A DNA stretch of 64,000 bases from Bacilli bacterium (GTDB taxonomy: Bacteria > Bacillota_I > Bacilli_A > RFN20 > DUOF01), in NCBI GenBank assembly GCA_045128835.1, contig JBGVRX010000026.1:16512-80511 (forward strand), in the 5' to 3' direction. The notes under the pieces were generated by a model. It did no database searches. It was not told the origin of the DNA and saw nothing but the letters and a program-made list of their open reading frames with translations. Position numbers and translations under genes: made by a program. Below, in pieces: positions 46,866-55,004 of this stretch; position 1 is the first letter of the stretch, and the number at the start of each line of letters is the position of its first letter.

Positions 46866-47726
46866 TTATTCTCTTTCTTTTAAAACCCTATTACATATTA
46901 AACGATTATTTTCCTTGTCACCTTCGTATAAAGCAATAGGTTCTCTATATTCATCTATAACTAAAACATTACCTTCAATATAGAAATCTAAAACATTGCC
47001 ATTACAAGCCTTATATAAATCTCTATCTTTTGCTACTAAAATAACAAAATTAGTTAAAGAACTTTCAATATCAATTAAACTATATTCATTGTTTTCTATT
47101 TGATTCAAAGTATAAGAATTATCTACTAATAACTTACCTATTCTAGTTCTCTTTAAATAAGTCATATACCCTATGTTATTTAACTTATTAGCGATAGTCT
47201 CACAAAGAACCCTTACATAAGTACCTTTAGAGCAAACTACTCTATAAGTCAAAGTATCTGCACTATAATCTAATAATTCCAATTTCTTTATTTCAATTTC
47301 TCTTTCTTTTATTTCTACTTCTAAATTTTCTCTAGCGTACTCATATAATCTCTTACCATTAACGCTTACCGCACTATAAATAGGTGGCTTTTGTTTTATA
47401 ACTCCTATTAATGACTTAAATACGCTCGCAATATCTTCTTTAGTAAAAGGAGAAACTTCTTTCTTTTCGATAATTTCTCCTTCTCTATCTAAAGTTGCGG
47501 TTCTTTCTCCTAGTTTTATTGTAGCAATATATTCCTTTTCATCACTTTCAAGAAATCTAGATATTTTTAAGGCTTTACCTACTGTTACTACAAGTAATCC
47601 AGTAGCAAGTGGATCTAATGTGCCACAATGCCCTACTTTTTTAGTATTTAAGGCTTTTTTTATCTTTCTTACAACATCAAAAGAACTCAAACCTTCTTCT
47701 TTATTTATCAATAAAACGCCATCCAT
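46866..47726 (-). CDS. truB: tRNA pseudouridine-55 synthase TruB
   Basis: GHCGTLDPLATGLL catalytic Asp motif. Confidence 0.9.
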   Translation of the reverse strand: MDGVLLINKEEGLSSFDVVRKIKKALNTKKVGHCGTLDPLATGLLVVTVGKALKISRFLESDEKEYIATIKLGERTATLDREGEIIEKKEVSPFTKEDIASVFKSLIGVIKQKPPIYSAVSVNGKRLYEYARENLEVEIKEREIEIKKLELLDYSADTLTYRVVCSKGTYVRVLCETIANKLNNIGYMTYLKRTRIGKLLVDNSYTLNQIENNEYSLIDIESSLTNFVILVAKDRDLYKACNGNVLDFYIEGNVLVIDEYREPIALYEGDKENNRLICNRVLKERE

Positions 47727-47728
47727 TT

Positions 47729-49048
47729 TTATTTATTTTTAAGTATCTTTAATGCTTCTTCATAACTAATAGATACTTGTTCTCCTGTATTCATGTTTTT
47801 AAATGCTACTAGATTATTTTTAACTTCATCTTCTCCTAGTAAAATTACATAAGGGATCATAAGTCTACTAGCGTATTGCATCTTTTGTTTCATACCTTTA
47901 GCAATATAACACATATCTACTTTAACTCCATCTTTTCTAAGTTTAGTAGCTAACGCAAATGCTGCATCATCTTCGCCTAAAGATAATACCATTACATCAG
48001 ATGTACATTTCTTCTCAGTTTTAATTATTCCTAATTCTTTAAACACATAGAATAATCTAGTTAATCCAATTGACATACCTACTCCTGGGAATGATTTATC
48101 AGTATAGTATTTAGTTAAAGAATCATATCTTCCTCCACTACTAACTGATCCGATTGACATATAGTCATTTAAGAATGTTTCATAAACTGTACCAGTATAA
48201 TAATCTAATCCTCTAGTAATAGTTAAATTGATTTTATAGTTTTCATAAGGTACACCTAATTTATTCATACTATCACAAACAAATTCTAACTCATTAACAC
48301 CTTCAATAAATGTTTCATTTTCAATATTAAGTGCTCTAATCTTACTAATTACATCTTTATAACTACCATCAGTTTCTACAAAGCTAATAATACTTTCAAT
48401 ATTCTCATCACTAATATTATAATCTTTTAATGTTAAAATAACGTTTTCCTTACCAATTTTAGGCATCTTATCTACGATTCTTAAAATTTCTGCAGATTCT
48501 TCTTCACTTATATTTAAATTAGCAAAGAATCCTTTTAGTACTTTTCTATTATTTAAATTAATAGTAAAGTTACTAAATCCCCATTTTCTTAAAATATTAT
48601 AAATAATAGTAGGAACTTCTGCATCATACATTAAATCTAACTTCTCACTACCTACTACATCTATATCACATTGATAAAATTCACGATATCTACCTTTTTG
48701 AGGTCTTTCTCCCCTATAAACTTTACCTATTGCATATCTTTTAAATGGGAATACAAGATTAGCATAGTTCATAGATACGTATCTTGCTAAAGGAACAGTT
48801 AAATCGAATCTTAAAGATAAGTCATTGTCTCCTTTATTAAAACGATAAATTTGTTTCTCTGTTTCTCCTCCAGCTTTAGCTAATAAAACTTCACTTAATT
48901 CAATAACTGGATTATCCATTGGCAAAAAGCCAAACTCTTTATAAGTTTCTTCAATAATATTTTTCATATTATCAAAAATAATTTGATCCTCTGGTAATAA
49001 TTCCATAAAACCAGACAAAATTCTTGGTTCTGTATATTTCATTTTCAT
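47729..49048 (-). CDS. hisS: histidine--tRNA ligase
   Basis: Class II motifs (RYREFYQCDIDV, GGRYD), C-terminal anticodon-binding domain. Confidence 0.9.
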   Translation of the reverse strand: MKMKYTEPRILSGFMELLPEDQIIFDNMKNIIEETYKEFGFLPMDNPVIELSEVLLAKAGGETEKQIYRFNKGDNDLSLRFDLTVPLARYVSMNYANLVFPFKRYAIGKVYRGERPQKGRYREFYQCDIDVVGSEKLDLMYDAEVPTIIYNILRKWGFSNFTINLNNRKVLKGFFANLNISEEESAEILRIVDKMPKIGKENVILTLKDYNISDENIESIISFVETDGSYKDVISKIRALNIENETFIEGVNELEFVCDSMNKLGVPYENYKINLTITRGLDYYTGTVYETFLNDYMSIGSVSSGGRYDSLTKYYTDKSFPGVGMSIGLTRLFYVFKELGIIKTEKKCTSDVMVLSLGEDDAAFALATKLRKDGVKVDMCYIAKGMKQKMQYASRLMIPYVILLGEDEVKNNLVAFKNMNTGEQVSISYEEALKILKNK

Positions 49049-49095
49049 ATTCTCCTTATCATTAATTTATTTATATATTATTTGTTTTTGTTGCA

Positions 49096-49182
49096 TTATA
49101 AAGAAATACAATGTCGTATTGTATTGTTAAGTTTATGAGAATTATTAAAATTAGTATTATAGTTAAATAATGATAATTTCAT
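49096..49182 (-). CDS. 28-codon upstream ORF in the hisS leader (MKLSLFNYNTNFNNSHKLNNTIRHCISL)
   Basis: Very strong SD AGGTGAGGGGGAG 6 nt before the ATG. Its 3' end overlaps the hairpin AATACAAT-acgac-ATTGTATT (49105-49125). Coding status unproven. Confidence 0.3.
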   Translation of the reverse strand: MKLSLFNYNTNFNNSHKLNNTIRHCISL

Positions 49183-49260
49183 ATTTTCTCCCCCTCACCT
49201 TGTATATATTACCCTTTTTGACCAATTATTGCAAATAAATATAATTTTTTTAAATAAGTG

Positions 49261-49289
49261 TTGCTATTTTCAAATAATTTGATTATACT
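49261..49289 (+). promoter_or_regulatory. sigma-A type promoter of tRNA-His
   Basis: TTGCTA, 17-nt spacer, TATACT. Confidence 0.5.
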
Positions 49290-49305
49290 TATAAAGCGTT
49301 TATAT

Positions 49306-49383
49306 GGCGGTAGTGGTGAAGTGGTTAACACATCTGGCTGTGAACCAGACATTGCGTGGGTTCGATTCCCATCTTCCGCCCCA
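49306..49383 (+). tRNA. tRNA-His (GTG), with encoded G-1 and CCA
   Basis: Cloverleaf read by hand: extra 5' G opposite discriminator C, anticodon loop CTGTGAA, T-arm GGGTTCGATTCCC, 3' CCA. One U-U mismatch in the acceptor stem. Confidence 0.88.
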
Positions 49384-49396
49384 TTAAAAGCAACCG

Positions 49397-49421
49397 AACC
49401 TAGAGCAATCTAGGTTTTTTT
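49397..49421 (+). terminator. terminator after tRNA-His
   Basis: AACCTAGA-gcaa-TCTAGGTT followed by T7. Confidence 0.75.
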
Positions 49422-49632
49422 ATTTATATAATAAAAAAGTAAAACTCATTTATAGTTTTACTCAAATTTTTTACTTTTTTAATTTTTAATTGTATATTTA
49501 CAAATAACCAATAAGTCTAACTTATTGGCTATATTTATTATATTATATTTTAGTTACAATCCGTAAACTTTGAGTTAATTAAATTGGACAATTTATTTTA
49601 TTATTCTTTAACAAAAAAGGTGACTAGCACCT

Positions 49633-50064
49633 TTATCTTTTATTACTTTGTCTATTTATTTCTTCAAGTTTTCTTTCGAAGAATCTTAATAATCTACTTG
49701 AACAATTCAACTCTGCTGCTTTATCTAAATAAGCATCATTATTTTTAGTAATTTTACTAAGTTCTTGTTGTGCTGCCTCAACAATATCCTCAAAATAACT
49801 TATATTATCTTCGATTTCTGTTAATGTATAGGATTTTTCCATTATCATTTTTACATACGCTTCTTGATCCGCTAATAATTTTCTTTTTTGTTCCTCAAGT
49901 TCATTAGATCTTTGAACTAATTCATCTAGTTCTTCTGTATTTCTTTTATAACACTCTAATGTATCAATACGAGAATCAAGATGAGCAATTTCAGAATCAA
50001 GAGACATAATTCTTTTTTCTAATTTTTCTATCATATCAATTACTTTAAACCACATAGCAATCAC
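49633..50064 (-). CDS. coiled-coil protein, unknown function
   Basis: Heptad-rich E/K/L sequence. Terminator AAGGTG...CACCTT immediately downstream. Confidence 0.5.
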   Translation of the reverse strand: MIAMWFKVIDMIEKLEKRIMSLDSEIAHLDSRIDTLECYKRNTEELDELVQRSNELEEQKRKLLADQEAYVKMIMEKSYTLTEIEDNISYFEDIVEAAQQELSKITKNNDAYLDKAAELNCSSRLLRFFERKLEEINRQSNKR

Positions 50065-50155
50065 CTACACACATTATAAATACTATGCATCAATATTTCA
50101 ATAAAATTATTTTTGAGCTAATTCGATGCACAAAAAAAGGTATCAATCGATACCT

Positions 50156-52045
50156 TTATTTTTTTGCTTCCTCAATAGCTTGAATAGTGTCATTAACTAG
50201 TTTATTGATACCTTCAATACTTTCTAAACCATTAATGTTATTTTTACAACTATTTATTCTTTCTACTACTAATTCATAAATACCATTTTCAAACATATAA
50301 GTTGTTAAAGTCTTTTCATATTCATTAATCGCTTTTAATGCATTTGCCTTTGTTTCATTTAAATCTTTAATTCTTTGTGCTTCTATTGTCATTACATTCA
50401 TGATTTTTGTTTTGAAATCTGCGATTTCTTTTTCTATATGAACATTAGATGTTGTAACTGTAATACTTTCACTAAAATAATTCTTTACTTCTAATGTATA
50501 TTGAAAAATCAATTTCCAGTTTTCTTCAGTGTAATCTGCAATATTTAAGCTAGTAATATATGCATCTACTTCTTTTATTGCATTTTCAATTATAATATGC
50601 AAGTTAGAAATAGCCTCTTCTAAGATTGTAGGAGTTTGCGTAGCAATTGATATAAAGTTAGCTCTTGCATTATCTATTTCCTCAATAGTTGTTGCCGCGC
50701 CAAGTTCTTCAATTGCTTTTTCATATCCTTCAATTATAGTTTTCTTATTTTTTGAATCATATTCATGTAAGTTAATAGATTCATATCTATAAGTAATATC
50801 TTCAATTGCTTCTTTTTTAGTTTCAATTACTTGAACTAATCTATCTTCTTCAATAGTACTTATTCTTGAAGCCTCTACTACAAATTGATTAATATAATTA
50901 TCTATTTCTTCTTCACTATTTGAATTTCTAATATTAGCTAAACAATCATTATAATAAGATACAATTAATGTTTTGTTTGCAATATTGTAACGACTAATAT
51001 CTAAGTCAACTAACATATTTTTAACTAAATTTAATTTAACTGTTTTAATGTTATTTAAAGTTGATATTTCTTCTTCACTTAGTGTCTCTACATTTTCTAG
51101 TTCTCTTATTGTTTCATTAAATAAAGCTTCAATGTCACTAACATTATCTAAAGAAACAATTTTATTGTTAAATTCTTCAACTATATTGTCTAGCAATGTG
51201 TAGTTATTGTTTGAATAATCTTCAGAGTTAAAAGTATTTAAATATTCATTTACATCTTCAATTCTCTCATTTTTTAATTCAGAAACTTCTTTTTCTTTTC
51301 TTGTTAATACATTATTCATTTCTCTAATTGCAACATTAGCAATTTTATTAATTGATTCATGGTTTTCATTCAAATACAATTTTCTAATACAGTTATCATA
51401 TATTTTAAGAACTTCTTCCCATTCTTCTTCATCATATTCATATTCATTTAAAGCATATAATGTATTATCTACGTTTGTCTTTAATACAAATCTTTCATTC
51501 ACAAATTCTGGTGTAATATATTTATTTGTTAATGCTTGTAAGTATCTAGCAGATTCTAAATACTTATTATAATTAATTACGTATAATTTATGGAATTCAG
51601 ATAGCTCTTCATATTTTTCAGCAATTAATTGAATTTGAGTTTCATTCGCAAAACTTGTTTTCTTTGATTCAGGAAGTTCATTAATTAGTGTCATAACTAA
51701 TTTTACATCTTCAGGCAACCCAAAATTAACACTAACAACGAAAGCAAATTCCATTCCTTCATAATCAACAGTAACAGCCATACTTTGATTACCTAGAATA
51801 GTGTTATCTACTTCACTTAGTGTAACCATATCTTCTTCTATTTCATAAACTTTAGTTCTATTACTTTTAGTTGTTATTTTTAATGAAAAATCATCAATAT
51901 CAACTTCTTCTCCTACCACATATTCAGTTTTTAAAGTATTATTTAGAACCTCAATTTTAGCTATTGGATCACTAGAACATCCAACTAACGAGAACAGCAT
52001 AAAAGTAACCATGCTCAAAATGCCAGCAAATTTCTTTTTCACCAT
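50156..52045 (-). CDS. surface lipoprotein: Big-like domain plus repeated helical modules
   Basis: Signal peptide with lipobox LVGC. The N-terminal ~80 aa resemble a bacterial Ig-like domain (EYVVGEEVDIDDFSLKIT...VTVDYEGMEFAFVVSV). Several ..EEID.....F......I helical repeats follow. Confidence 0.6.
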   Translation of the reverse strand: MVKKKFAGILSMVTFMLFSLVGCSSDPIAKIEVLNNTLKTEYVVGEEVDIDDFSLKITTKSNRTKVYEIEEDMVTLSEVDNTILGNQSMAVTVDYEGMEFAFVVSVNFGLPEDVKLVMTLINELPESKKTSFANETQIQLIAEKYEELSEFHKLYVINYNKYLESARYLQALTNKYITPEFVNERFVLKTNVDNTLYALNEYEYDEEEWEEVLKIYDNCIRKLYLNENHESINKIANVAIREMNNVLTRKEKEVSELKNERIEDVNEYLNTFNSEDYSNNNYTLLDNIVEEFNNKIVSLDNVSDIEALFNETIRELENVETLSEEEISTLNNIKTVKLNLVKNMLVDLDISRYNIANKTLIVSYYNDCLANIRNSNSEEEIDNYINQFVVEASRISTIEEDRLVQVIETKKEAIEDITYRYESINLHEYDSKNKKTIIEGYEKAIEELGAATTIEEIDNARANFISIATQTPTILEEAISNLHIIIENAIKEVDAYITSLNIADYTEENWKLIFQYTLEVKNYFSESITVTTSNVHIEKEIADFKTKIMNVMTIEAQRIKDLNETKANALKAINEYEKTLTTYMFENGIYELVVERINSCKNNINGLESIEGINKLVNDTIQAIEEAKK

Positions 52046-52072
52046 ATATCACATCCTATTCTCATTATACAA

Positions 52073-52285
52073 TTATCTTGTTTTATTATTAAGCAATCCT
52101 CTTATTTTTTCTAACATTTTTTCTATTTGTTCATATTCTTCTTCTAATTCAGCGATTTCATCTTCATCTTGTTTGCCATAAGCTTGTCTGTCTAAAATAT
52201 TATCAATCGTAGAAAGCCTTATACCTAACTCTCTTCTTAATTTTTCCAACTCTTCTTTTGATAATTTTTCTAATTCTATTTTCAT
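52073..52285 (-). CDS. 70-aa coiled-coil protein
   Basis: ORF only. No obvious SD, and the leader contains alternative hairpins. Confidence 0.35.
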   Translation of the reverse strand: MKIELEKLSKEELEKLRRELGIRLSTIDNILDRQAYGKQDEDEIAELEEEYEQIEKMLEKIRGLLNNKTR

Positions 52286-52600
52286 AACAAAATTTTTTAG
52301 GTTTCTAATTATTAGGCAGGTATAATAGAAACCTGTCTCCTTTCAAAATTATATATAAAAAGTTCCCGCTAATTAAATTATATAATTATTTTTTTTATGT
52401 TTCAATAAAAACTTTAGGTATTCAAAACCAATAAAAAAAGTGACAGCAAAACAAACATTTACTATCACCTAAAACCATATTTTTAAGTTATTTTAATTAA
52501 AACTCCATTTCAGAAATTGTCTTCATTATCGCAGCCATAATAGCTATATTATATAGGACTGAAACAAGAACAAAGACAAACACTACAGTTCCATATATTT

Positions 52601-52786
52601 TTAATGCTCTTGTACTTTTTTGCTAATACTCCAAGATAAAGATAATAAAAGCAAACAAACAGCACTAATAGCAAAGCCTAACAAACCATCATTAGAAAGC
52701 CAAATAAAGTTTGCAAGTATTTTTCCGGGCCCTAATTTTTTCTCTTTAAATTCATAATCATCATCCACAAATATTTCAGCTTTCAT
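52601..52786 (-). CDS. small membrane protein (possibly truncated by a homopolymer frameshift)
   Basis: One TM helix. ATGA overlap with the upstream gene. An A6 run sits 4 codons before the stop, and the -1 frame stays open for 39 more codons encoding a second TM helix. Confidence 0.45.
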   Translation of the reverse strand: MKAEIFVDDDYEFKEKKLGPGKILANFIWLSNDGLLGFAISAVCLLLLSLSWSISKKVQEH

Positions 52787-53154
52787 TTTAATTCTTCTAA
52801 AAGCTTAGCAACCTTCTCTAAACTCTTTATTCCATAAATGTATCCGCGTTCTTTTTTAAAGTTTTCACTTCCGTCATTATTATATCTGGTTATCTCCCAC
52901 ATTGTGCCATCATACGCTTTAGTCACACGATTTTCTTTTTTTGCTTTTGCAAGCCATCTAAATATCTTTTTAAGTTTTCTCATAGGTATAGTTTTAGTGT
53001 TTAATGAGGTTTCATTTTCTTCGAGATCTGTATTATAAGAATATTTAACTTCAACCTTTAAATCCTCATAAACAGTCCACTCAACAGAAGTCCAAATACC
53101 TGGTCTAAGCATACCACAATTATGTTTTGATGCTTTTAAAATTATATTTTCCAT
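52783..53154 (-). CDS. hypothetical protein
   Basis: ORF coupled to 52601..52786. No motif recognised. Confidence 0.45.
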   Translation of the reverse strand: MENIILKASKHNCGMLRPGIWTSVEWTVYEDLKVEVKYSYNTDLEENETSLNTKTIPMRKLKKIFRWLAKAKKENRVTKAYDGTMWEITRYNNDGSENFKKERGYIYGIKSLEKVAKLLEELK

Positions 53155-53218
53155 ACAAACCACCTTATATTTATACTAACAAAAAAAGGAACCCTGTCAT
53201 AGGATTCCTTGTTAAAAC

Positions 53219-53578
53219 TTATAAACTTAAACTAGATAGTATTTGTTTAACGGCCCTTTTACCTTGAGTAATAGAATATTTATATACTCTTCCATCAACT
53301 GTTTTTATTACTAACTTAGAGAAAAGCCAAGCGCCTTTAACTTTTGCAGTATCAATTTTTGATAAATCAAAAGAAATTGCTTTATCATAACTAATAGTTT
53401 TATTGTTGAAGGGAATTATAACAATTTTATTTCCTGCTTTTGATATAGTAAACATAGGTGATATAGCACTTGCTATAATACCACCAGTTCCTGTATTTTG
53501 CCCCCAAGCAACTAATCCATTATCCGCTAAATTTTTCTCTGAAAGTTCCTTTTTTAATTTATTTAAACTGTATCCCAT
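53219..53578 (-). CDS. hypothetical protein, possibly bacterial PH-like domain
   Basis: The pattern ...KIVIIPF......D.A..F....I...K.......SKLVIKT.DG..Y.. resembles bPH/YokE-like folds. Weak call. Confidence 0.35.
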   Translation of the reverse strand: MGYSLNKLKKELSEKNLADNGLVAWGQNTGTGGIIASAISPMFTISKAGNKIVIIPFNNKTISYDKAISFDLSKIDTAKVKGAWLFSKLVIKTVDGRVYKYSITQGKRAVKQILSSLSL

Positions 53579-53648
53579 AAATTCTTCCTCCTATTTAAAT
53601 AGTAACACACAAAAAAATTTTTTTACAAAAATAAGTAATAAATATAAT

Positions 53649-53677
53649 AAAAAAAACGAACTCCATTAAGAGTTCGT
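53649..53677 (-). terminator. terminator after tRNA-Leu
   Basis: On the - strand, ACGAACTC-ttaatg-GAGTTCGT followed by T8. Confidence 0.75.
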
Positions 53678-53691
53678 ACATTTTTTATAAT

Positions 53692-53776
53692 TGGTGCTCA
53701 AAGAGGGACTCGAACCCTCATGGCTGCGAACCGGTGGATTTTGAGTCCACTGCGTCTACCATTCCGCCATTTGAGC
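53692..53776 (-). tRNA. tRNA-Leu (CAA), with encoded CCA
   Basis: Reverse complement is GCTCAAATGGCGGAATGGTAGACGC...GTGGACTCAAAATCCAC...long variable arm...GGGTTCGAGTCCCTCTTTGAGCACCA. Confidence 0.9.
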
Positions 53777-53839
53777 ATGAGGAAATTATATCAAATAATT
53801 TCGTCAATAGCAACATTATTTATACTATATTTAAATAAA

Positions 53840-54853
53840 TTATCTCCTTGTTTTTATAGTAGAATTATCACTTATTTTACTAGTTCTACTATTAGTATAC
53901 GAGATATACCAATCAATAGCACCGAATAAATTGTTAGTAGCAGTATCTTGTTTGTGACTTGAAAGACCTTCAGGAAAACTTTTAGCATTTCTATTCCTTA
54001 AAACTTTATCAAACAACTCATTAATTGCAACAAGTCTTTTTTCAGTAACCACTCCATCACTTAACATTCTGTAATAGGCTCTTTCCCATTTGCCAGTTCT
54101 ATTTCTTTTTGCATTATATTTTATTTGGATTTGATTATATTCATTAATCGCAGCCTTTAAATCTTTGCTTGTGTTCATTGATTCTTCTAAACAAGTCAAA
54201 GCATTATGAATGGCTTCCATTTGTTCAGGAGTAAAAGCCTCAAAAGTTTCTTTTTTCTCTTTTAGTTTTTCTCCTTCAGCAAGTTGATACTCTAAATACA
54301 TGATTTGTCCTTTTACAACTTCAATTGACTTTCTTATCTTTTCTCTACCAAATAAACTTCTAGATAGTTTCTCATTTAATTCCTTTAATCTTCTTTCGTG
54401 CCCACTTAACTCTATATTTATACCTTTATTTTCTTCAATCCATTTCAAATAATCTAATAAATAAGGATTCTTACCAGACTTAAGCATTTCTAAATTTAAT
54501 TCTAATCCATTAAACTTAATAGGATGACTTGCAAATGTAGTGTCATATTTACCATTTTTAGCAAAACCCTCTTTAGCTGCTGGCTCTACTATTTGATAAG
54601 CATATCTTTTCTTATATTCTGATAAAACTACACCTAAAGACTCTACTTTACTATATGCTTCTACACACTCTTTTTCTTTTTCAATCATGATATCTCCTGA
54701 GGCTATAAATTTCTTTAAAGCTACACGAGAGTCCATATCATCAATTTTCTCTCCATAATTATAAAGTTCAGTGAAAAAAAGTTTTAATTCAGGGTGTTGC
54801 ATAACACAGTAGTAAACATATTCATTAAAAGTAAATTCAATTTTTTCATCCAT
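53840..54853 (-). CDS. hypothetical protein (337 aa)
   Basis: Long ORF, partly coiled-coil. No catalytic motif recognised. Confidence 0.5.
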   Translation of the reverse strand: MDEKIEFTFNEYVYYCVMQHPELKLFFTELYNYGEKIDDMDSRVALKKFIASGDIMIEKEKECVEAYSKVESLGVVLSEYKKRYAYQIVEPAAKEGFAKNGKYDTTFASHPIKFNGLELNLEMLKSGKNPYLLDYLKWIEENKGINIELSGHERRLKELNEKLSRSLFGREKIRKSIEVVKGQIMYLEYQLAEGEKLKEKKETFEAFTPEQMEAIHNALTCLEESMNTSKDLKAAINEYNQIQIKYNAKRNRTGKWERAYYRMLSDGVVTEKRLVAINELFDKVLRNRNAKSFPEGLSSHKQDTATNNLFGAIDWYISYTNSRTSKISDNSTIKTRR

Positions 54854-55004
54854 AGCCATCACCAAAAATATTTTAACAAATATATTACATATTGTTAAGA
54901 AAAATTTTTATACCTTATCCCACAAAAATGTATATACTAGAACCTATTTCTAGAAATCACTCTTTTTTTATTTTATAATATATATTATAGGGAGGTTGAT
55001 TACC

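Noticed and set aside
49049-49300. Expected a T-box leader upstream of hisS.
   Set aside because: No T-box consensus, specifier-loop or antiterminator bulge sequence could be found on the - strand. This is reported instead as an unusual leader.
53720-53929. 69-aa + strand ORF.
   Set aside because: It overlaps the - strand tRNA-Leu gene and its flank, so it is an artefact of the tRNA sequence.
54974-54989. A second AT-only palindrome, TATAATATATATTATA, resembling the dif core.
   Set aside because: It lacks the C/G-containing outer arms (no CATAA/TTATG, no GCGAAGT-type arm). It sits as the -10/SD-proximal region of gene 55005..56729, is not at an orientation switch, and has no duplicated arm nearby. 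It does show that such palindromes can arise by composition alone.
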